DNA from: a virus
Strand: one strand, 5' to 3'
IMG/VR virus record: IMGVR_UViG_3300005617_000004
Location: 1-64,000 of that record
DNA: 64,000 bases
The notes under the pieces were generated by a model. The model was not told where the DNA came from, ran no database searches, and was given only the letters and a program-made list of their open reading frames with translations. Positions 1 to 10,519 of this stretch are shown piece by piece; position 1 is the stretch's first letter; the number at the start of each line of letters is the position of its first letter. The translations under genes and the position numbers were made by a program.

Positions 1-335
1 GCATCGACCCGAGCACCTACCGCTACAGCGGCCACCACGTGCAGCGCGTGGCGATCCTCAACCGGAACGGCTACTGCGTCCGCTCACGCCTGTCCGCCCT
101 GAAGGGTGATACGACGGTTGGCGCCGCTCGCGCCCGCATCCGCTCCTTTGCCGACCCAGTCGGTACGCGCTACATGCTGGTACTGGTCTACGGCGACAGC
201 CGACATTTGATCCTGGTCGATAGCCAGGGCGAGACGATCATCGACACGGCGCCGCGCAGTCGTGACCGGCGTCGTGTCGACTCGATCCACGCCATCTTCC
301 CGTCTGTCTAACCGCAAGTCTGGAAAGGGCACCTT

Positions 336-635
336 ATGACCTATCGCGCCAAGAAGCAGCTCAATGACATGTACGCCGCAGCCCGCAAAGCCGCGGTGGA
401 CGAGATGGTTCGCCTCGCGCGGGAGGCGCTTGCGCGAAATCCGAGCCTCAACGAGTTCTTGATCGCAATGGGCCGCGTGTTCTTCATCGACAAGCATGGG
501 GATATTGTTCACCTCAGCGCTAAGCCGTCTTTCCGCGCGTTGGAGGAGTTGCTGACCGACTGGGACAACGTTTTCAAGCTCTCCGGCGAGGGAATCCGGT
601 TCACCGCTACGGGCCCGATCGTCACCGATTGGTAG
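336..635 (+). CDS. hypothetical early protein
   Basis: ORF directly after conserved GTCTGGAAAGGGC leader element; typical codon usage. Confidence 0.7.
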   Translation: MTYRAKKQLNDMYAAARKAAVDEMVRLAREALARNPSLNEFLIAMGRVFFIDKHGDIVHLSAKPSFRALEELLTDWDNVFKLSGEGIRFTATGPIVTDW

Positions 636-690
636 TTGCCTTCTCTCCATAGGCGCTCCATAGTCTCTGCACCACCAGCCTGGAAAGGGC
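636..690 (+). promoter_or_regulatory. repeated promoter/operator (2x CTCCATAG) plus GCCTGGAAAGGGC leader element
   Basis: CTCCATAG at 645 and 656; element at 678-690; recurs upstream of many genes. Confidence 0.7.
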
Positions 691-697
691 CTGAGCC

Positions 698-1108
698 ATG
701 AACAAGAAGACCCGCGAAGTGATCGAGACGCTTCTCGCCGTGCTGGACGATTCCTGCTCGTGCGAACCCGAGGACGCGACCCAGAAAGAAATCGATGACG
801 CGCGCGCTCATTACGCCAAGAAGGGCGCCGCCATCGCAGCCGCCATCGCAGCCGCCGAGAAGCTGCTCAACCCGCCGGTGCGGTTCGCGTGGAGTCGCCG
901 TTGTCTTCCGGGCAGTCCGTACGTCGCGGAGATAGCAGATGTCCGGTACGAGGTCAAACCCTCATTCCTCGTGAGCGGCACCGGGTGGTGCGCCACAGCG
1001 AACGGGAAGCCTCTTAGCGCCGTCTACTCAACCCTCGCACAAGCCAAGCAGGCCTGCGTCGACTACGGCGTCGCTCGCACGAAGGCCAAGCGGGAGGCGC
1101 GGCCATGA
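698..1108 (+). CDS. hypothetical protein
   Basis: ORF after conserved leader; ATGA overlap with next gene. Confidence 0.7.
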   Translation: MNKKTREVIETLLAVLDDSCSCEPEDATQKEIDDARAHYAKKGAAIAAAIAAAEKLLNPPVRFAWSRRCLPGSPYVAEIADVRYEVKPSFLVSGTGWCATANGKPLSAVYSTLAQAKQACVDYGVARTKAKREARP

Positions 1109-1277
1109 AGCTCTGGGAAGAATGGAAGCGCCGCGCCGAGATCGCGGAGAACGACAACGCTGCCCTACGGGCCCAGAACGCCATGCTGCTCGACGACAAG
1201 CGCCGCGCGGTCGAGGCGCTCGACCGCATCGTCACCGGTATCCGCGATGAAGTGCGGAAGGAACTGGGAGACCTGCC

Positions 1278-1601
1278 ATGATGTCCAAAGTCGAGCGTGA
1301 GGTCGTCGAGCAGCTGATCCGCGCCTGCGAATTGTGTGCGCTGGGCGCCACGGGGCACCGCATGAGCGCGGAGGCTGCCTTCGTTGCCGGTAAGAAACTC
1401 CTGCCGCCCAAGCAGACCTTGTATTGGCGCCTCATCGGCGTCGGCCAGTGGACCGCTGCCGCCCCTTCAGGCAACTACGGCATCGTGCGGGGGCCGCACT
1501 CTCGCGACGGATTCTGGGTCAGCCACCGCGACACTGTTCTCGGCAACCTCCCTACCCTGCAGCAAGCCAAGGCCTACTGCGAACAGAAAGCCAGATCATG
1601 A
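1278..1601 (+). CDS. hypothetical protein
   Basis: ATGA-coupled ORF; C-terminus TLQQAKAYCE resembles TLAQAKQACV of 698..1108. Confidence 0.6.
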   Translation: MMSKVEREVVEQLIRACELCALGATGHRMSAEAAFVAGKKLLPPKQTLYWRLIGVGQWTAAAPSGNYGIVRGPHSRDGFWVSHRDTVLGNLPTLQQAKAYCEQKARS

Positions 1602-1855
1602 CCACCGACTGCTTATCCATCATCCAGTCCGAGATCGACAAGCTGAACGCCCGCGCCCGCAAGGTCGAGCTGGCCTATCAGGACGACCGGCTGTCCAGCG
1701 CGCAATACCACCACTTCACCGGCACCCTTGCCGGTCTCCACGCCGCGAAGCGGCTGATCATCAAGGCGCAGAAGCGCGGGGCCATCACGCCGGTCTCCCT
1801 TGAGGGGTACGTTGGCTCGCCAGACTGCGGCCAAACCCTCGATCGCTATCGCCGC

Positions 1856-1884
1856 TTGACCCCTCCCTAGCCTCTCCACAGTCT
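1856..1884 (+). promoter_or_regulatory. repeated promoter/operator motif
   Basis: TTGACC then CTCCCTAG and CTCCACAG, starts 11 bp apart. Confidence 0.7.
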
Positions 1885-1904
1885 CCTCCCGGAGCCATCA
1901 CGCC

Positions 1905-2270
1905 ATGAAACTCCACTACTCCATCTGGTCCGAAACGCTGGCTGACGGCACCGTACGCTGGTATGGCCGGAAGAGCTTCTCGCGGTTCACGTGGCATAAT
2001 ACCTACGGGGACTCTTTTGTTCTCCGGGTACTCTCCTGGTGCTTGGTGATGACGCTGGCGATCCTCGCGCTGTCCGAAGACGAATATCGGGCGCAGACGC
2101 AGTGGACGGCCTCCACTCTCGCTAAGGTTCATGACGGGTGCGAAAAAGACGCAGCCGAAGTTATCGACCGCATGCGTGCGATCCGCAAGCAGAAGCGCAC
2201 TGAGACCGTCGTCTCCCGAACCGCCGTCCAGACCCTCACCATCGTTTCACCCCTCGACCAAGGAACCTGA
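1905..2270 (+). CDS. hypothetical protein
   Basis: ORF after promoter motif and GGAG. Confidence 0.6.
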   Translation: MKLHYSIWSETLADGTVRWYGRKSFSRFTWHNTYGDSFVLRVLSWCLVMTLAILALSEDEYRAQTQWTASTLAKVHDGCEKDAAEVIDRMRAIRKQKRTETVVSRTAVQTLTIVSPLDQGT

Positions 2271-2271
2271 C

Positions 2272-2874
2272 ATGCCCACCGGATACACCGCAGACGTCGT
2301 CGACGGCAAGATGACCGAGTTCAACGACTTCGCGTGGCGATGCGCCCGCGCGTTCGGTGCCCTGATGCACATACGCGACGAACCGCTCGGGGCGCCCATC
2401 CCCGACACGCTCGCGGCTGACGACTACTATGTGACGGGACTCCACGAAGCGGAGGCGGAGCTCGAGACGTGGGACAAGCTGTCCGCGGCTGACAAGCTCA
2501 CCTGGGCCGTCGCGAGTCGCGAGGAGTCCATCGCCAGTGCACTGCGGTACGACGACCGCAACCGCACCGAGAATGAACGCATCGACGTGATGGTCAGCAA
2601 GGTGCGGATGTGGTCGCCACCGACGCCCGACCACAAGGAGCTGAAGGCGTTCATGCTGGAGCAGCTGAACATCAGCCGTCACGACATGACCTACAGCGCG
2701 GACCGCATCCACGAGGAACGTGCCAAGACGGCCGCCACGATTATGCAGCGGGAACGCGATAACCGCGTGAAACATGTCGCCCAGCGCCGCGAGGCGCTCG
2801 CTGCTGAGATGGCCCGCGTCGCCAACCGTGGCGCCTGGATCAAGTCCCTACGGGACAGCCTGAATCACGCTTGA
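2272..2874 (+). CDS. phage coiled-coil protein (MPTGYT start)
   Basis: N-terminus MPTGYTA...F...CARAFGAL resembles a conserved phage hypothetical family; RBS AAGGA. Confidence 0.7.
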   Translation: MPTGYTADVVDGKMTEFNDFAWRCARAFGALMHIRDEPLGAPIPDTLAADDYYVTGLHEAEAELETWDKLSAADKLTWAVASREESIASALRYDDRNRTENERIDVMVSKVRMWSPPTPDHKELKAFMLEQLNISRHDMTYSADRIHEERAKTAATIMQRERDNRVKHVAQRREALAAEMARVANRGAWIKSLRDSLNHA

Positions 2875-2899
2875 CCCCTCCCTAGCAGACTCCATAGTC
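2871..2899 (+). promoter_or_regulatory. repeated promoter/operator motif
   Basis: TTGACC, CTCCCTAG (2878), CTCCATAG (2890). Confidence 0.7.
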
Positions 2900-2923
2900 C
2901 CGCCACCTCCCGGAGCCTCAACC

Positions 2924-4105
2924 ATGAAGTTCATCGTCGGCAAGAGATACCCCCTACGAAGCGGTGATACGGCGGTTTATCGCGGGCTGACAAGCGAATG
3001 CTCGCCGGGCAACGCGTTCGCTGCTAGCCATCCCTTCTGGTTCCACCACTGGAACGGCACGCCGTTCAGTGCGCGTGGCGACGGATCCCAAGGCGCCTGC
3101 CACGGCCGGGGTGGCTATGATATCCTGTCCGACACCCCGATCGACGAGCCGCTGCAGCTCGAAGCCGGCAAGCGGTATCGCCGGCGCGATGGCGAGATCA
3201 CGGGGCCTCTGGAGGATAACGGCGCGGCTTACCACCCAAGCTCTCGGTTCTTTGACCCGGAGGGCGAGCGTTCCTACTTCTTCACGGGCTGCTACCGCGA
3301 CACTCCGGGGACGAGCTCTCTCGACCTCATCGAACTCTACGAAGACCCCAAGGAACAACCCATGACCGCCAAGCGCTCCCTGCCCACCGTCAGCCTCGAC
3401 GACATCTTCAAGAAGGAGCCATGCTGGATCGCCCAGATGGGCCCGGTCGCCGCGGCGAAGAAGATGACCGAGATGGTTCCGGAGGGCAAGGTGTCACTGC
3501 GGACGTTGAATCATCTCGTGATGACGGAGCGGATCAACGCCGCGGAAGCGGACTGGGTCGACGAGAAGACGGGGTTGAGCAGAGACTACGACGGTCCACG
3601 GGGGCGCGGCAGCTGGGGCAGCGACTTTGCCAAGCACCTCGACAACTGGGAGAACCCGAAGCCCAAGCCGCGTACCCTCGCCGACCTCAAGCCGGGGTCC
3701 TATTTCACCCACGGCCAGGACCGCTTCCTGGTGCTGGAGCGGAACGACCATCTCAGCGCGTTTCTGGCACATCACCCGGAGGAGGTTCCGGTGCTGGTCG
3801 TCAAGGAGTCGCGCGTGAGCTATTTCACAGGCAGCACGGCCCTGACGCGCTGCGCCGACATCGTCGAGCCGGGCAGCAAGCCGGTCGTCCAGAAGGCGTT
3901 CAGCGACCTGAAGACCGGTGACTGCTTCAAGTTTGGCGGTTATGTGTTCCTGCGGACCGACGACAATAGCGGGGGAGCGATAGCGGTGACAGTGAGCGCC
4001 CCTATGCGGGGCGTCACGGTGTTGAAAGACAGTCTCACGCACCACAACCTCCTCACGACCCCCGTCGTCTACCTGCCCAACTTCGTGCTTGACCCGACTC
4101 CCTAG
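2924..4105 (+). CDS. hypothetical multidomain protein with repeated small beta modules
   Basis: 393 aa; repeated GKRY.xR.G and F/LxDLKxG motifs. Confidence 0.65.
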   Translation: MKFIVGKRYPLRSGDTAVYRGLTSECSPGNAFAASHPFWFHHWNGTPFSARGDGSQGACHGRGGYDILSDTPIDEPLQLEAGKRYRRRDGEITGPLEDNGAAYHPSSRFFDPEGERSYFFTGCYRDTPGTSSLDLIELYEDPKEQPMTAKRSLPTVSLDDIFKKEPCWIAQMGPVAAAKKMTEMVPEGKVSLRTLNHLVMTERINAAEADWVDEKTGLSRDYDGPRGRGSWGSDFAKHLDNWENPKPKPRTLADLKPGSYFTHGQDRFLVLERNDHLSAFLAHHPEEVPVLVVKESRVSYFTGSTALTRCADIVEPGSKPVVQKAFSDLKTGDCFKFGGYVFLRTDDNSGGAIAVTVSAPMRGVTVLKDSLTHHNLLTTPVVYLPNFVLDPTP

Positions 4106-4143
4106 ACCCTCCATAGTGCCCGTACACCAAGCCTAGAAAGGGC
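4089..4143 (+). promoter_or_regulatory. repeated promoter/operator plus GCCTAGAAAGGGC element
   Basis: TTGACC, CTCCCTAG 4098, CTCCATAG 4109, element 4131-4143. Confidence 0.7.
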
Positions 4144-4150
4144 ACCGACC

Positions 4151-4654
4151 ATGAACGCCACCGAAACCAGCCTCCCCGCCAGCGTCTTGACCACGAAGCA
4201 GGTCATCACCCTCCCTTGGAAGTCGTACAGCAATCGCAGCGCCATCTGCCGGATCCGCGTGGAAATCCGGTATGACGATGCGTGCGGCAACGGCCACAAC
4301 AGCTTCGGCATCACGGGCGAGACCCAGGAATCCCGCGGCGGCCGTTGGTGTGACCACTCGTGCGGCATGTTGCATGGCGACATCGAGCGCCACTTCCCCG
4401 AGCTGGCACCCCTCCTGAAGTGGCACCTGTGCAGCAGCGACGGCCCGATGCACTACGTGGCCAACACCCGGTACCACATCGAGCAGAAGCAGTTCGACTT
4501 CGCCCGGGCGACGGCGATCTGGCCGGAGGCGACCGACGAGTTCCTGACGGCGCTGCTGGCCGAGGGCAAGCTGGACGCCATGCTCAAGATCCGCCTGCCG
4601 ACCCTGATGGACCAGTTCAAGGCGGCGGTGGAGTCGCTGGGGATGGTGTACTGA
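4151..4654 (+). CDS. phage hypothetical protein
   Basis: motifs YDDACGNGHNSF.ITG and KWHLC..DGPMHY resemble a phage/plasmid family. Confidence 0.7.
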   Translation: MNATETSLPASVLTTKQVITLPWKSYSNRSAICRIRVEIRYDDACGNGHNSFGITGETQESRGGRWCDHSCGMLHGDIERHFPELAPLLKWHLCSSDGPMHYVANTRYHIEQKQFDFARATAIWPEATDEFLTALLAEGKLDAMLKIRLPTLMDQFKAAVESLGMVY

Positions 4655-6344
4655 TATGCCCCTCCCTCCTCTGTGGGTCTTCCTTCTGGCGCTGATCCCC
4701 CTCGGCGTGTGCCTTGCCGTGTGGCTGTTGGTGACGGTTACCCGTTGTTCGGCCAAGGCGCTGCCGGAGTCGAAGCCCCTGAAGCCGCCCGGCACCTACG
4801 TTGTTGACCCGTATCCGGCTGACGCTGACGCCCAGACCCGCGCGCAGCCCCTCGACGACATCCCCGACACCTACACGATCGTCGAGTTCCCGAGCACGGG
4901 TCGCGCGTTCTACATGCCGAAGTTCAAGGGACGGTTCATCTTCAGCTGCTTTCGTAGCTGCCCGATCGACACCTCCGACCACTCGGCGCACGGCATCGAG
5001 TGCAGGACGAAAGAGCAGGCCATCCAAGTCATCCGCGACCACATGCTCTGGAAAGCTCCACGCCCGCTGCCCCGCGACAAGTGGAAGGACTGACCATGAC
5101 CCACATCAAGTTCGACCACGTCGTCATGTTCGACCTCGTCCAGGCGCTGGAGCACTGGCGCCTTCTTGGCAACTTCGACGGCAACGTCGCCCACCTGTTC
5201 GAGGACCCCTGACATGCGCAACATCACCGACGTGATCACCGTCATCCTGAGGCTGATCCCCGACACCGAGATCGACTTCCGCAAGGGCCTGAAGCTGGTC
5301 GCCGAGCGCGCCGACTACACGGCCCCCGAGATCATCGACCACCGGTGGGCGGAGGGCAGCGACCTGCTGGACAAGTATCTGCCCGAGCCGGGGTTCCTGA
5401 ACGGCTGGCAGCGGCAGGTGGTGGAGCTGTGGACGGGGAGGGAGCTGTGATCGCCGACCAACGCAAGATGAAGAAGCCGTGCCGCTACTGCGGGTCGCTG
5501 GTGCGGTACGAGAGCTATCAGGGTGAATCGTGGATGCGCGAGGGCGTCGACGGGACGATCCGGAGAAACCTCTTGGCGTATCTTGAGGCGCACCCGGTTC
5601 CGTGGCCCTATTGCTGCACGACCTGTGTGGCTTTGGAGCAGGAGGACGCGTGCGAGACGATCCGCATGAAGTGGAAGAAGACCATGGTGCGCAAATGAAA
5701 CTCTCCTTCCGCTTCGGCACCAAGGCCCTTGGCGTCGGCATCTTCTACCATGCCCAGAAGCGGATCCTGTACGTGCACCCGCTGCCGCTCGTGGCGGTGC
5801 TGGTGGACTGTGGCTGCCGGCACGTGTGGAACTTCACGTCGGTCTACACCGACGGGTGGCTGTGCTGTAAGTGCCGCAAATCCGGCGGATATGGAAGCGA
5901 GCCGCAGCCATGACCCTCCCACCCCCGTGGTCCCTGCTCGGCGCCCAGCTCGCCCTGGAAGGCCGGCCGATGCGTACCCACCACGAGCGCGTCGAGGTGC
6001 AGCTGGACGGCACCTGGACCTCGGTGTTCCTGCAGTCGTGGCTGTTGCCGGGCCAGGACCCCACCCTGATCCACGACCCGGGCACCGCCGCCAAGAACGA
6101 GCACGCGCAGTTCGTGGAGCGCGCCCTGCGCGAGGCGAAGCAGGGCGGCATCTTCGTCGGTTCACCGTTGGTCGACGCTCGCTGGCTGTCGTGGCTGGCG
6201 CCGGTGAGATGGCCTAAAGGGGGTCGATAAGGGGTGTTTACGTGCGCGGTGTGACACACTTAGGACGATGGTGAGCGAGAAAAGACTATGGAGAGGCTAG
6301 GGAGCTGTAGCTTTCTGGCACCACCAGCCTGGAAAGGGCACCAC

Positions 6345-6914
6345 ACGCGCCAGATCGTCGCCACCAATCCGCTGAACCTCTCCCGCGAACGTCAGAACGA
6401 GATCGTCGCACGCCTGAAGGACGTGTGTTCGATTGTCGTGGACGATTTCAACAGCCCCGGCATCGCCGACCAGGAGATGATGGCCGACGCCCAGGCGATG
6501 ACGGACGCAGTCAAAGGCGAGTTCGGTGTGCCTACGCGGGCGCTTCCGTTCCGGGTCATGAACCAGAACAACGGTGCCAAGCTCGAGCTGGTGCCCGAGA
6601 TCGGTATGGGCGTGACCCTGCTCGGCTGGACTGATCGTCACCCGTACGAGGTGGTCGACATCATCTCGGGGAAGTGCATTCAGATCCGCGCCATGAAGGC
6701 CGAGGGCGGTCTGAAGAAGGACCACGTCTTCTTGCCGGGCGGGTTCTGCGGCCACGTGGTTAACCAGGAGACGGCGCAGGAGTGGACCCTCAGCAGCGAC
6801 TTGCACGGCAAGGTGATCCGGCTGCGCCGCCACAAAGACAACAGCTGGCGCGACCGCGACGGCCAGCACTTCCTGCTCGGTAAGGCGATCAAGTTCCACG
6901 ACTACAATTTCTAG
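6345..6914 (+). CDS. phage hypothetical protein, probable ACG start
   Basis: PEIGMGVT..GWTDRHPY motif; ACG sits where sibling genes have ATG after GCCTGGAAAGGGC. Confidence 0.6.
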   Translation, partial: TRQIVATNPLNLSRERQNEIVARLKDVCSIVVDDFNSPGIADQEMMADAQAMTDAVKGEFGVPTRALPFRVMNQNNGAKLELVPEIGMGVTLLGWTDRHPYEVVDIISGKCIQIRAMKAEGGLKKDHVFLPGGFCGHVVNQETAQEWTLSSDLHGKVIRLRRHKDNSWRDRDGQHFLLGKAIKFHDYNF

Positions 6915-7615
6915 GACGGAGCCATGACCAAGTCCGAACAATACGCCCTCGCCGATGCCCTCGCCGCGGCGCAGGCCCTCTGCGACACCTCGGCCGAGTC
7001 GCTGTGCAGCGTCGAACCCGAGCACAAGGAGGCAGTCAAGGGGTACGTCCAAGCCTGGGTGATCCCCTCCATCCGGATGGCGCTGGAACACAGCATCACG
7101 GGTGAGAGCGCAGCGCTGGCGGTGATATACCGTCGTGGGGCCGGCTCCTGCAAGACTCGAGGAGCTAGCAAGATTCTCGACGACCTGCAGAAGGAGACCT
7201 GATATGTCCAAGCCCGTGCTCGGTAACCTGACCGCTATCACCCACTGCCCGGGTCGCGCTGTCGCGATCGGCCCCCTCGAACATCTCCGCCAAGCCCCGT
7301 GCCAGTGCCGTAGCGTCTACCGCTACCGTGTCAGCACCTACCTGCTCGGCAAGAGCATCACCACGACCGCGCAGTGGCAGCCCATGAAGAAGCTGTCGCG
7401 CCACTGCGAGCGCTGCAAGAAGGAGGGGAACAGCAACTACTCGCCGAATGAAGACGCGCAGGACGTGGGCGCCGAGCAGGTGGAGATCCAGTGCGAGAAC
7501 CCCGAGAACGGCAAGCTCTACTTCGCGCGGTTCGTTGCCGACGGACGCGACTGGGAAACCAACCATGTCGACAGCTGGCACTGGGACATGATACCCTTCA
7601 AGGAAAAGACCTGAC

Positions 7616-7984
7616 ATGCACCTCTACATCGACGACGCCCGCGACTTCTACCACGAGCACGCGGTCGTGTGCCGGACCGGCGAGAACGGCATCCTGGTCG
7701 CCCGCGGGCTCGCCAAACATATCACGGTCCTGTACATGGACCACGACCTGGGGCCCGGCATCAACGGGCAGCAGGTGCTGCGGCGACTGATGGGTGGGAC
7801 GGACACGAACCTGCCACCGCGTGGGCCGTTCGGCGAAACGCTGGTGCCCGAGCATGACCCGGTGCGGCCGCCCCTGGTGGTGCTGATCACCATGAACCCG
7901 GTCGGCTACAACGCGATGGCGGAGATCCTGAAGGACTACGGATACGAGGCGGATGGCGTGGATCGGTACCGGAGAAAGCCATGA
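7616..7984 (+). CDS. cyclic-phosphate-processing receiver-like domain protein
   Basis: LYIDD.R, DHDLG and T.NPVG motifs characteristic of this family. Confidence 0.65.
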   Translation: MHLYIDDARDFYHEHAVVCRTGENGILVARGLAKHITVLYMDHDLGPGINGQQVLRRLMGGTDTNLPPRGPFGETLVPEHDPVRPPLVVLITMNPVGYNAMAEILKDYGYEADGVDRYRRKP

Positions 7985-8261
7985 GCCGGATCCTCGATGT
8001 TGAAGTGCTGGTCATAGGTGGGGCGTCGAGACATTGGTGCAAGGGGGCCGTAGCGTGGAGAGAAGTCCAGGCCATGGACGAGTTGCACCCGCTGCTACTG
8101 CCCCGCGACAGTACGGGAAAGACGCTGTGGGACGCGAAGCCTGTACACACGGCCGTCACGCGTCTGCTTCTGCGCGACGGCCGCGAGGTGATCGTCAACC
8201 TTCCGTTGACCGAAGCCCGGCTGATGTTGAATGCCTACCTGCACGACTACGCGAGCAAACC

Positions 8262-8693
8262 ATGAAAACCACACCCCTCACCATGACCGTCGCACCGCCC
8301 GAGATGCCGTCCGGCAAGCCCTCGGTGCCGATGATGCAGTGGGGCAAAGACCACTGGTCGACGTTCGCCTACCTCGAGTGCTGCGCGGTGGACAAGAAAG
8401 GGGCGATCGATCGTGACCGTATGCGCTGCGATCTCGCAGTGCATCCGGGGCTCGGCGGCTGTGCGAGCCGTGTTGGGGCGTCGCCCACGCGGACCAAAGG
8501 CGGCGACGTGCCCAGCCATGACGATTGGAGTTGCTTCGAGGACTTCGTCGCGACGGGGCTGTGCACATGGGAGGGAACGGGCATCCACCCGCGGGTGAAG
8601 TTCACCCCGGAGGGCCAGAAAATCGCGGCCCGTCTTCGCGCGCACAAGCAGGCCGGCGGCGTATTCCACACCTTCGACGCGAGCGCGCCGTGA
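8262..8693 (+). CDS. phage hypothetical protein
   Basis: WGKDHWST and HDDWSC motifs; ATGA coupling. Confidence 0.6.
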   Translation: MKTTPLTMTVAPPEMPSGKPSVPMMQWGKDHWSTFAYLECCAVDKKGAIDRDRMRCDLAVHPGLGGCASRVGASPTRTKGGDVPSHDDWSCFEDFVATGLCTWEGTGIHPRVKFTPEGQKIAARLRAHKQAGGVFHTFDASAP

Positions 8694-8955
8694 AGTTCTA
8701 CCCGTTTATCATTTACCGGCCGCCCACGCACCGGTTCGAGATTCACGGAGACTGGGTCGACGGTCAGGTTAACTTGGAGGAAGTGCAAGGGTTTCGTGCT
8801 TCCGACAGGGCTCGGGGGAGCCACGGAGCGTGCGGCTACATATCTGCCGGCGAACCGACCATGCTACTCCTTCGGGACTCGCGCGACCTGTGCGTATCTG
8901 CCAGCCCGCGCGAAGTCGCCGAGATTATGCGCAAATACGCGGCGGGGGAGCTACC

Positions 8956-9468
8956 ATGAAGCCCAAGTACCTCGACGCCTCGGCCGTCCTCAGCCCCTGC
9001 GAGCAGTACCGGTACGTGCTGCGCCGGCGTTGGGCCGACGACGGTCGCACGCTGCTGTGGATCCTGATCAACCCTAGCACCGCCGACGCCGAGAAGGACG
9101 ATTTGACGGTCAAGAAGGGTGTCGGTTTCAGCAGGCAATGGGGTTTCAATGCGATGGCCTTCTGCAACCTGTTCGCCTACCGGTCGACCGACGCCGACGC
9201 CCTGCTGACCCCCGGCCTCGACATCGTCGGCCCGCAGAACGACCACTGGCTTGACCTGTTGATCGGCGAGCACGCGGACGTTATCCTGGCGTGGGGCGCC
9301 CACCATCCCCACCTCGTGGAACTCCGGATGCCGGCTTTGACTGCGATCCTCGAGAAGTACCACCGGTCGGTCTGGTGCCTTGGCACCACCAAGGCGGGGC
9401 AGCCGAGACATCCGGCGCGACTCGGGTACGCGACGCAGCGTGAGACGATTGTTTGGAGCAAGGCGTGA
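8956..9468 (+). CDS. DUF1643 family protein
   Basis: S.C..YRY.L.R.W, NPSTAD, NLFAYRST, AWG, PRHP motifs. Confidence 0.85.
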   Translation: MKPKYLDASAVLSPCEQYRYVLRRRWADDGRTLLWILINPSTADAEKDDLTVKKGVGFSRQWGFNAMAFCNLFAYRSTDADALLTPGLDIVGPQNDHWLDLLIGEHADVILAWGAHHPHLVELRMPALTAILEKYHRSVWCLGTTKAGQPRHPARLGYATQRETIVWSKA

Positions 9469-10456
9469 TCAGACTCGACCTGTCGGCGGACCAGATAGCA
9501 GACCTCGCGGTGCTGGTCAGTGCGCGGAAATGGGACGTTACCCGTTGGTCGTTTCACGGGGTGGATGAAAGCTATGCGAGCACGATCACGCTCCAGGTCC
9601 GGCTGGGGCAGCACAGCCCGGGCGGCCACATCGACCTGTGGTGGGACGCAGAGCGGCAGAACCAGAACACCCACAGGCCCGGTCAATGGTTGATCAGCCA
9701 CATGACGGAGAACAAGCTGTGACCCTCGACGACGACATCGCCCGCTGGCTCCGCGCCCGTGCCGCCATCCGGCAGTGCTGGTCGACCCGGCGCAATCCGC
9801 TGGTCCGACGCTGGATCCGCGAATGGCTGATGGAGTGCCGCATCGCGCAGGACTCAGTCGGATCCTATGGCGCGTTCCTGCGCGATGAAGCGCTGGACAC
9901 GGCACGGCGCGCGACCGGGCATCCCGACCTGTACGAACTCGCCTGCCGGGTGGGCTAATGGCTTCACCCGCCGTCTACGCCTACGTGGCAGCGTTGCCGA
10001 ACGGCTTGATCGCTCGCGAGATCCGCCGCAATCAACTGGTGTGCGCCGTCGCCTCCCGCGTCCGTAACCTGTGGCGTGTCGAGATGTGGTCGACCACCCG
10101 CGTCAACGCGGATCGGTACGCGCGCGAGTGGACGCAGCGGATGCATGTGTCGGCACTGGGCACCAAGCTCAAGCCCAAGGACTTCGAGGCGCGGGTGGTG
10201 CCTGTAACCGTCACGGAGGTGCCCCAGGCGCAGTGGGCGAAGGCGATCTACGGTGGCATGCTGTTTCGGACTCGGTACTTCCCGGCCTGGGCGCAGCACC
10301 GGCCGTTGTGCGTGGTGCTGGGCGGTGAGACGGGGACCGGCTGGAAAGCGGTGGGCTGGCCTACCACCGACCTGGAGCGCGATTTGATGGCGTTCCGGGC
10401 AAAACAGCTGTTTCCTAGGGTCGAAATTGCCCCATGCATAAGCTCCAAGCCGGTTG

Positions 10457-10512
10457 TTGACAAGGCTCCCTAGAGGCTCCATAGTCTCGGCATAACCGAG
10501 CCTAGAAAGGGC
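10457..10512 (+). promoter_or_regulatory. repeated promoter/operator plus GCCTAGAAAGGGC element
   Basis: TTGACA, CTCCCTAG 10466, CTCCATAG 10477, element 10500-10512. Confidence 0.75.
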
Positions 10513-10519
10513 CAAGACC

